Part shown: positions 51,798 to 64,000 of the stretch, one piece after another
Numbering within the stretch: the first letter of the stretch is position 1
Layout of the letters: the number at the start of each line of letters is the position of its first letter
Assembly (NCBI RefSeq): GCF_964204645.1
Contig: NC_134031.1
Location: 10,542,088-10,606,087, forward strand
Reading direction: 5' to 3'
Length of the DNA stretch: 64,000 nucleotides
From: Tubulanus polymorphus
Lineage: Eukaryota > Animalia > Nemertea
Translations under genes and position numbers: made by a program
The notes under the pieces: model-generated
Told to the model about the DNA's origin: nothing
Database searches by the model: none
The model's input: the letters and a program-made list of their open reading frames with translations, nothing else

Positions 51798-52951
51798 ATA
51801 GTGCTGCCATTAAACTGATCTAACTTAGTATAAAAAACCAATGACGAGATAACTCATCACTGGCAATGGTGAAAAGATTCTCCATTTTTTCTTGTCCCAA
51901 TTGCCAGTGAAAAGTGTGAAAAATCAAAAAGAAATCTAAAAGAATAAAAGTTTCATTGTAAGAATTATAAAGAATGATTTTAGTTGTTATATGCTCTCTA
52001 AATATTGGCCCGAAAAGAAGCTTTGAATTCTTTGCTTTCTATGAAAAAATTTCTAGTGTGCACCTGACTTAAGAGTTACTCCTATAAATAATATCCTTGT
52101 CTCTCCATACAATCTACAGACAATCCTTAGCTGGTTTCTCGCCTCTGCCAGGTCATTCATAACGCTATGAAATGACATTGAATCGATGACGATATAACTC
52201 ATCATGGCAAACTGTGGTACACCCACCATGATTTATCTCATCAGCGGCAGCAAACGTGTTAAGTCATGTGGCATAATTTTCCACTTTTTCCAGTTTTTTT
52301 GACAGATGAGAAATATATATGTATGTCACACATTTCTGCTTAAACCTTATTCAGAATTCAAAAGTATAGCCTAAGTTAACTAGAACTACGTTAGGAATAC
52401 CCCTCCACAATACTAGAAGGCTCTACAAATATGGCTCTGACAGCCATCTTGACCTACATAGGTAAAAAGACAGGGATCCTCCTGCCCTCCATAACGTACA
52501 TACCAGGTTATGAGAAAATTGGTGGATTGTGGACTATATAGCTGCAACAAGGTCTAAAATGCCTATTCGACACACAAATTTGGCTCTAGCAGCCATCTTG
52601 GATGACTATATATAAGTCAAAATGAAAAAGAAGACTCATTTCTTTCACGCCAGATGGAAAAAAGCAAATAAAAATGTGTCCAAATGTGTTGACCGAATGG
52701 CAGGAATTAGGTCCATAATGCCTATTTCAAACACAAATATTTGCAGCCATAAGTGTGCATCGAGATGCGTATTTCTAAAATCCCTAACATGTGTCAAACG
52801 CGTTCAGAACTAAACGTATCACAGAATGCGAATTAAACGATATAAAACTAAATGCAAACGGAAATGAAGGACGGTATATTGTACAGTACATAAATGAAGA
52901 AATCCCACACTTCGAATTTAAAATTATATGATCAAATTTATTATTATGAAA

Positions 52952-52993
52952 CCACAACATTTAAGCTGTTGACTAACAGCCATTATCAGGTGG
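52952..52993 (-). ncRNA. Degenerate hammerhead ribozyme, family 2
   Basis: CCAC-CUGAUAA-UGGCUGUU-aguc-AACAGCU-UAAAUGUU-GUGG; both core boxes mutated. Confidence 0.6.
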
Positions 52994-53142
52994 AATGACC
53001 AGAAAAACAAGTAACAAAGTATATAAACTCATCGGATCTAAAATAGAAGCAGTGTGTCAAAACTAAAGATAAACAGACCGAGCAATAAAAACATCAAGGG
53101 GTACCGTAGAAACCACAGCAATTCTTAACAGTTCTGAGTAAA

Positions 53143-56100
53143 ATTACAATTTTTGGAACTAAAATTTGTATTTCCGAGTAGTACTTACCCTTTCCTATGG
53201 TTTTTGCCAATATTTTCTAAATTTGGATTGATCGCCAATGGTTTTTCTATACGACCCGGCCTTGCGGTATTGCATTTAGCCACCGGCGAAATCCGCCATC
53301 TTTTTACGTAATAGCAGACCAAAAAAAAAACAGCTATGCGGGGCAGGTGGGCGGGATTCCCACCATAGGAAAGGGTAAGTACTACTCGGAAATACAAATT
53401 TTAGTTCCAAAAATTGTAATATTTCCGTCGAGAACTGTACCCTTTCCTATGGTTTTTGCTAGACTAGCCTAGCACAAGGATGGTGGGAAAGGTAGATAGA
53501 AAAACCACCGCTCAAACGCAAGTTAAGAGGGAAAAAGAGAGCACTTATCCAAGCACGGAATGGAGCACTGTAGCACAGGGAAGACCGGTTGGCCACAGTG
53601 AGTCCGTCCAGCTCAGGGCCCCCCCCCCAGAATTTTGCGAAATTAATACTTGCAGATATGAGCCCAAACTATGTACAAGGATACACCCCCTGTGATCCTG
53701 ATAATGCAACATAAATATTCTACACTAAAGGGTCCGATCGGAAAGAACGGACACCTTGAGCCATGACAACAGGACCAAGTGAAGCTAATGAGCCTAACTG
53801 GCCTGAAACATCCCGTAAATAAAATGACGTGAATGTCGATGGAGAATTCCCAAAAGGCGGCCCGACAGACTTCCTCCAACGGAGCACCCGAAAAGGCTGC
53901 GCAGGAAGTAGCCATAGACCTCACTTGATGAGAAACCACTCCCTCCGAGGAAAGATTCTCCTTCAATAAAATGTCCTTGATCAGTGAAGAGATCCATTGG
54001 GCCACTGTGTCCCGTGAAATATCACCCTTTAGGTGATCCAGCAGCGTAATAAATAACCGCTCCCGTGAACCCCTCCGTGAAGCAGAGCGATCTAAATAGA
54101 AACACAACGCCCGCACAGGACATAAAGTCCTGTCCAGGATGCCCGGTTCCACTCGATGTTTTAGGGCTTCAATTCGCCATTGACGCCGAACCGAGCCTGG
54201 TCGTTGGTTCTTTGCCAAAAATTCCGAAGCAGGCCGCAGCGAAACAAATTCCTTCGCTGGCCCAAAGACAATATGACCTTGTCGGACTGAAAGCGCATGA
54301 ATCTCAGAGCGACGGGCCGAGCAAGCCAAGAACAGCAAAAATACAGTCTTTTTGACAAATTTTCAAATGACGCTGCCGAAAGAGGTTCAAATGGAGCCTC
54401 CATTAACTTCTTCAAAATTACAGACAGATCCCATGGTTGAACTGTCCTTGGTACCCGAGGCCGGGAAATAGAAAACCCTGCAACCAGCTCGGATATCCGA
54501 TGATCCCCTGCTACATTTGGCCATCCAGAAGCACGCAATGTATGAGAAATCGCGGAGCGGTAACCTTTTATAGTTATGACCTGCAAACCTTTTACTACAA
54601 ATAGGTGCAGTAAAAAATCTGCCAATTGAGCTACAGAGGGTGAGCATGGATCAATTTCCCCTGCAGCACACCAATCCGCAAAAATGACTCCATTTGGCAT
54701 CGTAAATGGTACTTGTTGATGGCCGCTTAGATCCTGCGATAAAGGAGGCAGCCTGTTCTGAAAAGCCTGAAGTTGACAAGGATCGCTGGACAATGGCCAG
54801 GCGAGCAGATTTAACCACTGGCTGTTTGGATGATGCCGAAAGTTCCCCTGAGACAGAAGCGATGGGAAATTCGGAAGAATCCTGGGGTTGTCGCACAGTA
54901 GGTTGAGAAGTGGTAGGAACCATTTCTGAGCCGGCCAACATGGTGCTACCAGAACTATGTTGCAATTGACTGATCTCTCTATTTGATCCAGTAAGCGGGG
55001 CAGGACTGGTGTGGGCGGGAACGCATACGCATGCATCCCCGACCAGTCCAGAGAGAAGGCATCGACCCCCCACGCTTCCGCGTCTGGAAACGGGGACACA
55101 AACAGAGGACACCTCCGATTGAACCGGGTGGCAAACAGATCCAGCAGCGGATTGCCAAACATGCCCCGAACCCGATCGGCTACTTCTTGGTGGAGAAACC
55201 ATTCTGTCGCAATAGCCTGACCTCGACGAGACAGAGCATCGGCCATCACGTTCCTTTTCCCTGCTAAATGTGCCACAGTCAGGGACACGCCCTTTGTCTG
55301 GCACCAAAGAAGAATTTTGGCCGACAGACCTGTGAGGGTTTCTGAGTGAGAGCCCCCTTGTGCTGAAGGTAAGCCCTCACTGTTGAATTGTCTGTGGCTA
55401 ACCAAACGTGGTGGCCCTCCACTCTCCTGTGAAAGAACTTCAGGGCCTTCCACACGGCCAGCATTTCTAGGAAATTTATGTGGTTGGTGGCCTCGTAGCG
55501 AGACCATCTCCCGGCTTTGACTCGGTTCTCCAGATGTGCCCCCCATCCTTGGTGACTGGCATCCGTAAATACACGAACTGTATACTGTAGACCCTGGGCT
55601 AGTGACACCCCGAGCCGAAGATTCGTAGTTGCCGCCCACCACTGAAGATCCGGACTTAGATCGGTTGGAGGTACGGGAATCAAGGCCTCCCAGTTGCCCT
55701 TTGACTGAGACCAAAAGACCTTCCAATATTGTTGCAAGCGCCTGCTTCTGAGGCGGCCTAAGGGCACCACCAGTCCCATGGAGCTGATGGAGCCTAGAAG
55801 CTGTGACCAGTAACGAGCTGTTCTCGGGGTTGTGGACACTCCCGCCACAGCTTCTTGAAGTTTGGCTACTCGAACCATAGACGGAAAGACTTTGCCGATT
55901 CGGAGATCGAAGTCCATGCCGAGATAAGTGAACTGTTGGGCCGGCGTCAACTGAGATTTTTCCCTGTTTACGCGGAACCCTAGCTGATGGACTAAGTCCA
56001 AGACTGAGGTCATTGCCTCCCGACATTCCTGAGCCGAATTCGCGACTATTAACCAGTCGTCGAGGTAAACGAACAGTCGAACACCCCTTGACTGAAGTAC

Positions 56101-58962
56101 CTTCTGAACTGACTTGACCAACTTGGTGAAAACCCATGGGGCCGTACTGAGGCCAAATGGAAGAGACCTGAATTGGAACTGGCGGCCTTCCCACTTTATC
56201 CTGAGAAATCGCCGAGATTCTGGGTGAATTGGAACCTGAAAGTAAGCATCTTTCAGGTCCAACGAAGCCGCCCATTGACCCGGACGGAGCCCTTGAATCA
56301 CGTCCTTGGGCTTGGTCATCCGGAACCTTGGAATGTCTAGGTGCCGATTGAGGGATGACAGATCTATCACTGTCCGTTGACCCCCTGTGGCCTTTGGTAC
56401 CATGAATATTCGAGAAAACCAGCCGGGAGAAGTTTCGTTGCAAACTGGTTCTATCGCTCCCTTCTCGGCCAATTCCTTGAGAGCCGGAGAGATTAAGGCC
56501 TCCTGACCAGGTTTTGGCCGCATGTTGGGAGGTGACCTCATCAGGCGCGGTCGCCTTAGGAAACGGAGACGGTAGCCACGAGAGACGACCTGGGAGGGCC
56601 AACCGTCTCCGAAAAGGTCAGACCAGTGGGTTGCTGCCTGCTGCAGACAACCTCCCACTGGTCCCAAGAATTCATTTCTAGTTTTTCCGAAAGGAAGAGC
56701 CCCTTTTTGGAGCCTTCCCCTTGACTGGACGAGGCTTGACACGATTGTTAAAGTTGCGCGCTAGTTCTCCAACCGGCATCCGAAGCGGCCTGAGAAAGCG
56801 TGGAAGTTTGAGATGGTCCTGTTTGCGTCCGTGCCGAACCTTGTGCCGCCGGCGTCGGACCAGAACGCTTTTTCCACGGAGTTCGGGGGTTGGACTTGGC
56901 CTGAACCTCCCGAATCTTCCTCAGCTCTGCGGAAACCGGAGCGCACCAACCGGAGAAGAGACGTGAAGACGTCCCCAAGGGGGCTCTCACCAAAGCATTG
57001 GACACCATATCCGGTAGACGAGTTTTGGAACTGGAGTCCATCACTGACTGACGGGAGGCTTACACAAGATTAGCCTGACCCCGAACCGACAACGGAATTA
57101 CATGCGAAACAGACCGAGCCAAAGATTGGATAATCCGGTCCATTCCCTCCAGTTTTAGGGCAACTGACTCTGGGTCGGAGCCCGCATGAACGGCGGCGTG
57201 AGTCTCGCGAAGCTCACCCGTCAACACCTTAAGTGCCATATCTTGAAACGAACCAACCCTGGTAAGATTGTCCAGGATTGACGTCATGGCCACCAAACCG
57301 GACTTAGGCAAACGAATACCCGACTGTGCTGTAACAGTATCCGGGCTGATCAAAGTATAATCAGCATCCAGGCAGTTATGACTGTGATCCACAGCACCTG
57401 GAGTTGCGTAGTACGCCGAGCAAAATGCGCCTATAGGTGGATCGGTTGAACTAAAATATTTCCCAGATTTCATACCCCGTTCTGGCGGGGGTAATGAAAA
57501 CTGAACGGGACAGAGATACATTGCGAGCCAGGGAAGCCCCCATCGTCTGGGGCAACCCACAATTGCTCGCGACAGGAACGACCCCAGAAGGAATTGCCGC
57601 TTCTGGGACCGGATCCTCATTGAAATCAGACCCTACCGCAGCATCCAGGAATTCAGAGTCAGAATTCCGAAGAACTGAGTGGGCTGGCGAACTTCTAACC
57701 GGACAATCAGGAATAGGCTTACCTGTTGTAGAGGTTGCAGCGACTTGTTGCGACGAAGATAACAAGTTTAAAATTTTCTCCTCAAATACATGGAAATCCT
57801 TCTGAGTCAGGTATTTTCCAGTATCCCGAAGATCGTGCCGACTTTGGTGACGGTCCCTCGAACGGGATCGCGACCTACTAGAAGAATCGCTTTCATCGCT
57901 AACCGACGTCGACGAACGATGAGAAGACCGACGGCGAAACTTCCGACAATAACGATCGTAGTCCCTCTCGCGATCAAACCTTGATCTGCGAGAAGGAGAT
58001 CTTGCTCGTTTATTACGCTCACAGCGTCTAAATCTAGTGGGAGAGCGAGCTCTATCCCCGGAGCGACGATCAGAATCAGACGATGAACGTACCGGATGTT
58101 TTGAACCGGACGACGTCTGGACAGGACCGGTACCCGAACCGGACCGATACCGACCGAACCGGTGCGGGCCGTTCGTGACTACTGCGGCGCGCACTCGGTT
58201 CCGAACATGTAGTCTGAACCGGCCGAACCGGTGAAGGACCAGAGACCGGTGAATGACCGGAGACTGGTGCCGGTGAACCAGCGTTCCTCCCCGGTGAACG
58301 GAGTTGGGAAGCCGATCGTACCTGAACGACCGGCGACCGCTCCGCTTTACGATACGAAACAGGATTAGAAACATCGGTAGGCACGTCGGCCGAAACCGAC
58401 GAATCCCTGCTAACTCGACGACGATCTCTTAGTTTAAGAGCCTTATCGGCCCGAAGCCAAAGGTCCTCGGACCACACGTCGCAAATCTTGCAAGGATTGC
58501 TCCTTGCACATATTTGACCGGATTTACGCCTGCACGACGCACATGAATCGTGGTTGTCCCAGGCGCCAAACAAATGCCCGCATCCCTCCCCGCCACGATG
58601 CTGACCCTTAGGAGGGGGTGGCATAATTATCCTGTTACAAATCAAAACAATTCAATTCAATCAAATTATATTTGTACATAAAATTCTTACGGAAAAATAG
58701 AAACTAGGGATAACCTCCAAACCGAACGGACTCACCGTTATGAGAGTGAAAACTCCCTAATATCCTAATTCCCAGATTTTTACGGCGAAAAAATCCAACG
58801 CGTTCTACTGCGAGAACGCCAAGAAAAATGATGGTGGATTTCGCCGGTGGCTAAATGCAATACCGCAGGGCCGGGTCGTATAGAAAAACCATTGGCGATC
58901 AATCCAAATTTAGAAAATATTGGCAAAAACCATAGGAAAGGGTACAGTACTCGACGGAAATA
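53143..58962 (-). mobile_element. DIRS1-like copy D, near full length, nested in a Penelope-like element
   Basis: ITRs and ICR present; RT-RH ORF 55279-56742; frameshifts in RH/MT and YR; gag deletion near 57494. Confidence 0.96.
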
Positions 58963-61205
58963 ACAAATTATGTAACTAAGTGAAGTGGACTGAAGAGGGT
59001 GGCGATAACAAAGTGACACATAGTGACATTAACCCAAATCTAATAAAGAGTTGATGTGTCTGGATAATAATTGGTTACGAATTTAAGTTAAGTTTCGAAG
59101 TTAAGAAACCAGTATTTAAATTAGTAGATAAATTTGATTTCGAAAGTTTACATATTAGGGCTGATTCCACTATATGTCTCTTATGAATATCTTTACAAGG
59201 ACAAATAAGTTTCGAATTCTTAAAGTCAAATTGGTGATTGGTTGTAAAGACTTGATTTGCTAATCCACTCTCAGGCTTTTGGTTGCGGATATCTATTTTG
59301 TGTTCTTTAATACGCTGACTAAGCTTACGTCCCGTTTCGCCGATGTACATCATATTACAGTCTTTACATGGTATCTTATAGACCCTGGACTCAATTAGCT
59401 CACTGTTGGGTTTATTTTTGGTTAAAACATTAGTGAGTTTGTAATCATACTGAAAGACTAATCTAGTGTCAATGGTGCTAAATGTGGATTTAAAGCGTTC
59501 CAAAGTAGGTAAATACGGGATTGTAATATTCTTTTGAGCTCTGCGTTTTATGGTCAGGTCATTACGTCCAAAAGTGAAAAAATTTGGGCTTTGAAATAAA
59601 ATTTTGTCTGGATAGGCTAGTTTCTTGAGAGCAGTTCTTATATGTTTGATTTCTTTATCTAAAAACATTTGATCACAAATACGTAGAGCTCGAAGAAATA
59701 ATCCTTGGGCTATTCCAATTTTGATGTTCAAAGGAGTAAATGAAGATAAGCTTCAGCATTAGTCAGTTTTCTATATACAGAGAGTTTCAAATTTGTTTTG
59801 AATTTATGTATGAGTACATCGAGAAATGGGATGCAGTTATTTTCTTCCCACTCAAAAGTGAAATTCAAAGTAGGATATAAAGAGTTCAAATAATGTAAGA
59901 ACCCATTCACATTAAAATAAGGGAAACTAAATAAAGTATATCATCAACGTAACGTCGCCAAGTTTGGGTCTACTTTTGGTGTAAAGAGGAAGAATTTCAC
60001 TTTCGACATGTTCCAAATATAAACCAGCTAGAACAGGGGAAAGCGGATTCTCCATAGCCATACCAAAAATCTGTTCAAAAAAGTTAGAACCAAATTGAAA
60101 ATATAAGTTTTTTGTACAAAGTTCAATTAAGTCCAAAAGCCAATCAACTGGTATATCAAAATGAAAATCTAAAGTAGGTAACTTTCTCCTTAGAAAGTCC
60201 AAAGTAGGTTCTAAAGGAATATTAGTGAATAAGCTAGCAACATCAAAAGATATAAATTTATCATGCCCAGGAATAACATTTTTTAAACATTCCAATAAAT
60301 CCTGGTTATGACGTAAATGGGCATTCCAAGAACCGGCGAAACGGTTTGAGCCAAATATCTAGATAGTCTAAAGGATGGTGAATCACAATTGGAGATGATC
60401 GGTCGAAGCGGAATATCCTTCTAATGAATTTTTGGAAGTCTGTAGAGATAAGGGAGCGACGGTAAGCGAGATTTAAATTTGTCCAGCGTTTTGGAAACAT
60501 TGTTATCTTTAAAATTCGCAATACTGTCTGACAGTCCTTCGTTGAATTTATTTTGCAATGTTTTTTAAGGGTTCGATTTGAGTTTTTTGTAAACATCCGG
60601 ATTGTTAAGTAGATCTTGCATTTTAGATTTATACGATTCAATGTCCATAGGCACAATTTTTCCTCCTTTGTCTGATTTAGAGATGGGGATTGTTTTAATT
60701 CTCCGAAGTTCACTGAGGGCAGATCTAAACAGGGGCGGGCAGATCTAAACCCTGGCTATAATAAAATTGATCGTATAATTTTAAATTCGAAGTGTGGGAT
60801 TTCTTCATTTATCTACAGTATACACAGATTATAGTGTTTATTCGACAACTAAACTGTACAGTATATTGTAGATACAGATTGTTTCTCATTGAACTAGAAT
60901 GTTGCTGAAGACGACTGATGCCCACACATCAGGTGTAACGCCTAAGTGTAAAATACACCCCGAGCGTATATCGATCAATTTATGAAGGCAAGAAAGGAAA
61001 AATACAAAACGGCTTCCAGTGACCTTGGCCTATGACCTACAGGACTCGAAATCTAATCAGTCACTCACGGTCTCTAGGGTACCCCATCCATAAAATTTCA
61101 CGAAGTTATTTTATAGAGTTTATGAATTTAGAGCCAGAAATGAAAAATAGAAAACAGCTCCTGGTGACCTTTGATCCACAGGATCCGAAATGTAATCAGT
61201 GACTC

Positions 61206-61990
61206 TGTCACCCTGATATAAGTTGCATATTTCATAATCATATATATCTACAATGACATATCGAATGGTTCCTAATATTTCATATCTTTAACAACATGAA
61301 ATGCTTAATAATAATAATTATAGTACTAATAATGAAATACCACTTATGAATATAGTATCAATATGTGCTTTATCGTAATCAACATGTCAGAATACTCAAT
61401 ATGTATTCAAAGTAATTAGCTCTAGTCAGTGCTCATCAAAGTAATTAGCTCTAGTCATTGCTCATCATTATCAATCAATCAATCCCATAAACATTTATAT
61501 AGCGCCTGTTCCACTGATGCAGTCTTCACCGGTGCTATAGTGGGTGGTTACTGATACGCCTTTCGAAATCAGAATGTCTTTAAAGTGCTTTTGAATATCT
61601 TGATGTCTGTTATGCTACGGAGCTCTGGATCAAGGGAGTTCCAAAGGTTCGGTGCGACATGTGAGAATGAACGTCCACCAAATGATTTAAGTCTATATGT
61701 GGTTAATTAATTGTCATTAATTAATTTGTGTCTCTCAAACATGCCACCAGGTGTTAGTTTGTGAGTCCTGATGTCTACAACTTGTCTGACACCACCTAGT
61801 TCTCACTTTATACTCATGATTCTGTATATAAAGGCTATGTTATGTTATGATAATCATTCTCATTCCGGGATGCAATAAAGATTGTACAAGGTTTAACTGC
61901 ATTATTGTTCCTGATGAATGGAATCCTGTACCGCTGGTGTAAATGCTAGTTCCCCAGCCAGCCTGCCGATACAACAACCAGCCGGTTACA
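61206..61990 (+). mobile_element. Solo LTR (Gypsy-like by TSD length) inserted in a HINE repeat unit
   Basis: TGTCAC...GTTACA termini, 4-bp TSD ACTC (61202-05, 61991-94), TATAAA and AATAAA inside; the host repeat resumes in register. Confidence 0.7.
61470..61705 (-). mobile_element. L2 LINE 3' end nested in the solo LTR
   Basis: Minus strand GGRSFSHVAPNLWNSL...FKSTLKT, then GCGCTATATAAAT and a (GATT)n tail. Confidence 0.75.
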
Positions 61991-62642
61991 ACTCACAGTC
62001 TCTAGGATAACCCATCCACAAAATGTCACCAAATGATCTTAAACTGTCTATGTGATAGAGCCCGGAAATGAAAAATACATAAAAGCTTCTAGTAACCTTG
62101 ACATTTGACCAACAGGACCAAAAATCTAATCAGTTACCCACGGTCCCTAGGATAACACATCCATAGAATTTCAGTAAGTTATCTTAAACCGTTTATGAGC
62201 TAGAGCCCAGAAATGAAATTTACAAAATGGCTTCCTTTGACCTTGACCTAAGACCTACAGGATCCAAAATCTAATCAGTTACTAGCGTCATATATTATAG
62301 TACAACTGTTGAATTTGAAGAAAATCTGTCAAACGGTTTAGGCACGGAAACAACTGCAGACAGATGGACGGAGAGACGATGGAGTGAATACAGTATGCCA
62401 ACGCGTTGTGGGGGAATTGAAATGTATTTGGGACATGCAATTACATTTTCCCCCATTCTTGGGCCTATTTTTCTTAATTTACAAGATGATATCTACTTTT
62501 ATTGCATTCATTCAAAAATCCAAACTGCAACTGTAAGAATTACAGATTAAATCGGCCGATAATGATAACTTAACCAACAAGATGGAAGCCATACACGCAC
62601 GCACGTACACACACACACATGTATAATTGTAAATAAACATAC

Positions 62643-62904
62643 CAATGATTTGTCTGAATGTTCATTGATGCGGATAAGAAGTGACTCAAGAATGGGTCTA
62701 TGTATCTGTAACTGTTTATAGACGCGATCTGCCTTCTCCAACAATGAATTGATTGTTGAGATTGTTTTTTTGCGATCATCTTCACTCTCAACGGGATCCA
62801 CAGCACAACAAGGGCGAGTGTTTAGTGTGTAATCAAACTTGGCATATTTACAGAATCCGCATGCATTACACAAGAATGGGTCTTTCTCATCATAGTTAAT
62901 CGCT
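62643..62904 (-). CDS. UBR4: UBR4 exon (window exon 1)
   Basis: AINYDEKDPFLCNACGFCKYAKFDY...CCAVDPVESEDDRKK...LLEKADRVYKQL matches UBR4 as I recall it; acceptor ttttcAG, donor GTatg; 262 nt. Confidence 0.95.
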
Positions 62905-63067
62905 CTGAAAAACATAGAAACAAGATTTTCATGCCTGATGTTCTAAGCAAATGGCATGACTAAATTTGACCTGAACAAAACACTACTAAAAATAAGGGGT
63001 CCAGAAAACCATCATTGAATTACAAACTTAAATGATTGTGCTACAGGCAAATGCAAGGATCTACCAG

Positions 63068-63404
63068 AGGCGCATCTGTTTGAAATGGGATTGCACCAAA
63101 CCTTTTGGTTTGTAGGAAAATCGTCTTTGTTCATACTGGTTTACAAACCAGTTTGCATAAACCGGCGTCTTTGTTCAAGTGTAAACCTAAACGGTTTGCG
63201 TAAAGCAAGTAAACAGCTTTGCGAGCGGTTTGCAACATCAAACTGACTTTTTCAACATGGCCGAATAATGCAATTTCCATGGTCAGCTGACTCAAACCGT
63301 TTTTTCGTTCTGTCGCATTTGTTCACTCTACAGCAAAGCGGTTTATGATGCAATAAACTGATATAAACCGGTTTATACAAACCGATTTAAAAAAAAATGC
63401 GCCT
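63068..63404. mobile_element. PIF/Harbinger-like MITE
   Basis: TIR AGGCGCAT/ATGCGCCT, 3-bp TSD CAG, internal AAACCGGTTT-type motifs. Confidence 0.7.
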
Positions 63405-64000
63405 CAGGGGCAACAATGCCTGATTTCCCTGATTGAATTAAAATTGCAACAGACGGCCTGATTTCACCCCGGAATGATGCCACTCTATACTTTTTCTATC
63501 TATTGCCATACTATATCATGCTATACTATCTTTTGCCGTACTATATACTGGATCAACGACGCTATGAGACATCTTCAAAAATGATTGCATCTGTAGTTGT
63601 AATAATAACATGGATAGTAACAAGATCACCACGTAATTTTTGTAGCAGCAAGAATCTAATTAGTGAGCAGTTGATTTTGGGGGAAACCTTGTTTGGAATT
63701 CATTGTGAAATCAGAGCTTCTAAAAATAACGGCTGACTCACTGATGAGGAGTTTATATACAATTAGAGCAAGTTGAATGAGCAGAGGTGAAATAAAAAAT
63801 ATGTACAGTATCAAATGTGTGGGATAAAATAACATTCTGTCATTTGGAATTTTTCAAACTTATAGAATGGGAAATCTCGCTTCTTCAGTTAAATATCTCA
63901 ATGTTGCTTTTTCATAAGATTCACAGTATGGGTAAAAGACACCAACCTAGCCAACTTGGTTAAATGATTGACTATCAGAAATTTCGAATATTCAAAGCTA

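Larger units (their letters stand above)
52890..60812 (-). mobile_element. Penelope-like element family 2 (RT + GIY-YIG, frameshifted), interrupted by DIRS copy D
   Basis: ISFDVASLFTNIP, FEQIFGMAMENPLSP, IPFLDVLI, VYKIPCKDCNMMYIGETGR..RIKEH (59075-60713); about 60759-60812 is an inverted copy of 52890-52943. Confidence 0.92.
60893..62422 (+). mobile_element. Helentron/DINE-1-like (HINE) non-autonomous element with ~150-bp internal tandem units
   Basis: ACTAGA start; repeated TGACCTTG..TGACC..CAGGA..AAATCTAATCAG units; GACAGATGGACGG microsatellite near the 3' end. Confidence 0.65.

Noticed and set aside
52874-60870. GTATATTGTA as TSD of Penelope family 2
   Set aside because: The copies do not abut the inferred ends, and chance matches are likely in AT-rich DNA
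61000-62300. CRISPR-like repeat array
   Set aside because: Eukaryotic context, and units are homologous along their whole length with no unique spacers

Overview
AT-rich animal (probably invertebrate) genomic DNA. The whole window lies inside a minus-strand UBR4/p600 (N-recognin E3 ligase) gene. I traced 14 internal exons by hand; all have GT-AG borders and compatible phases (about 2.15 kb coding, about 715 aa). The introns are full of mobile DNA. There are four DIRS1-like tyrosine-recombinase retrotransposons (two near full length, one internally deleted, one diverged and cut by the window edge), all in the same orientation as UBR4. A BEL/Pao LTR element with three LTR copies is nested in a Penelope-like element, and a second Penelope-like element has a DIRS copy nested in it. 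Also present are CR1/L2 fragments, a tRNA-headed SINE, a solo LTR, Helentron/DINE-1-like repeats and several MITEs. Best leads: (1) a 339-bp MITE with a 9-bp TSD whose ~100-bp inverted repeats look like outward-facing tRNA-Glu-like Pol III units; (2) two families of minimal hammerhead ribozymes in Penelope pLTRs, intact only antisense to UBR4; (3) a conserved GT-AG intron in the DIRS leader; (4) DIRS ITRs that bracket blocks of UBR4 exons. All family assignments are by motif recognition; no searches were run.
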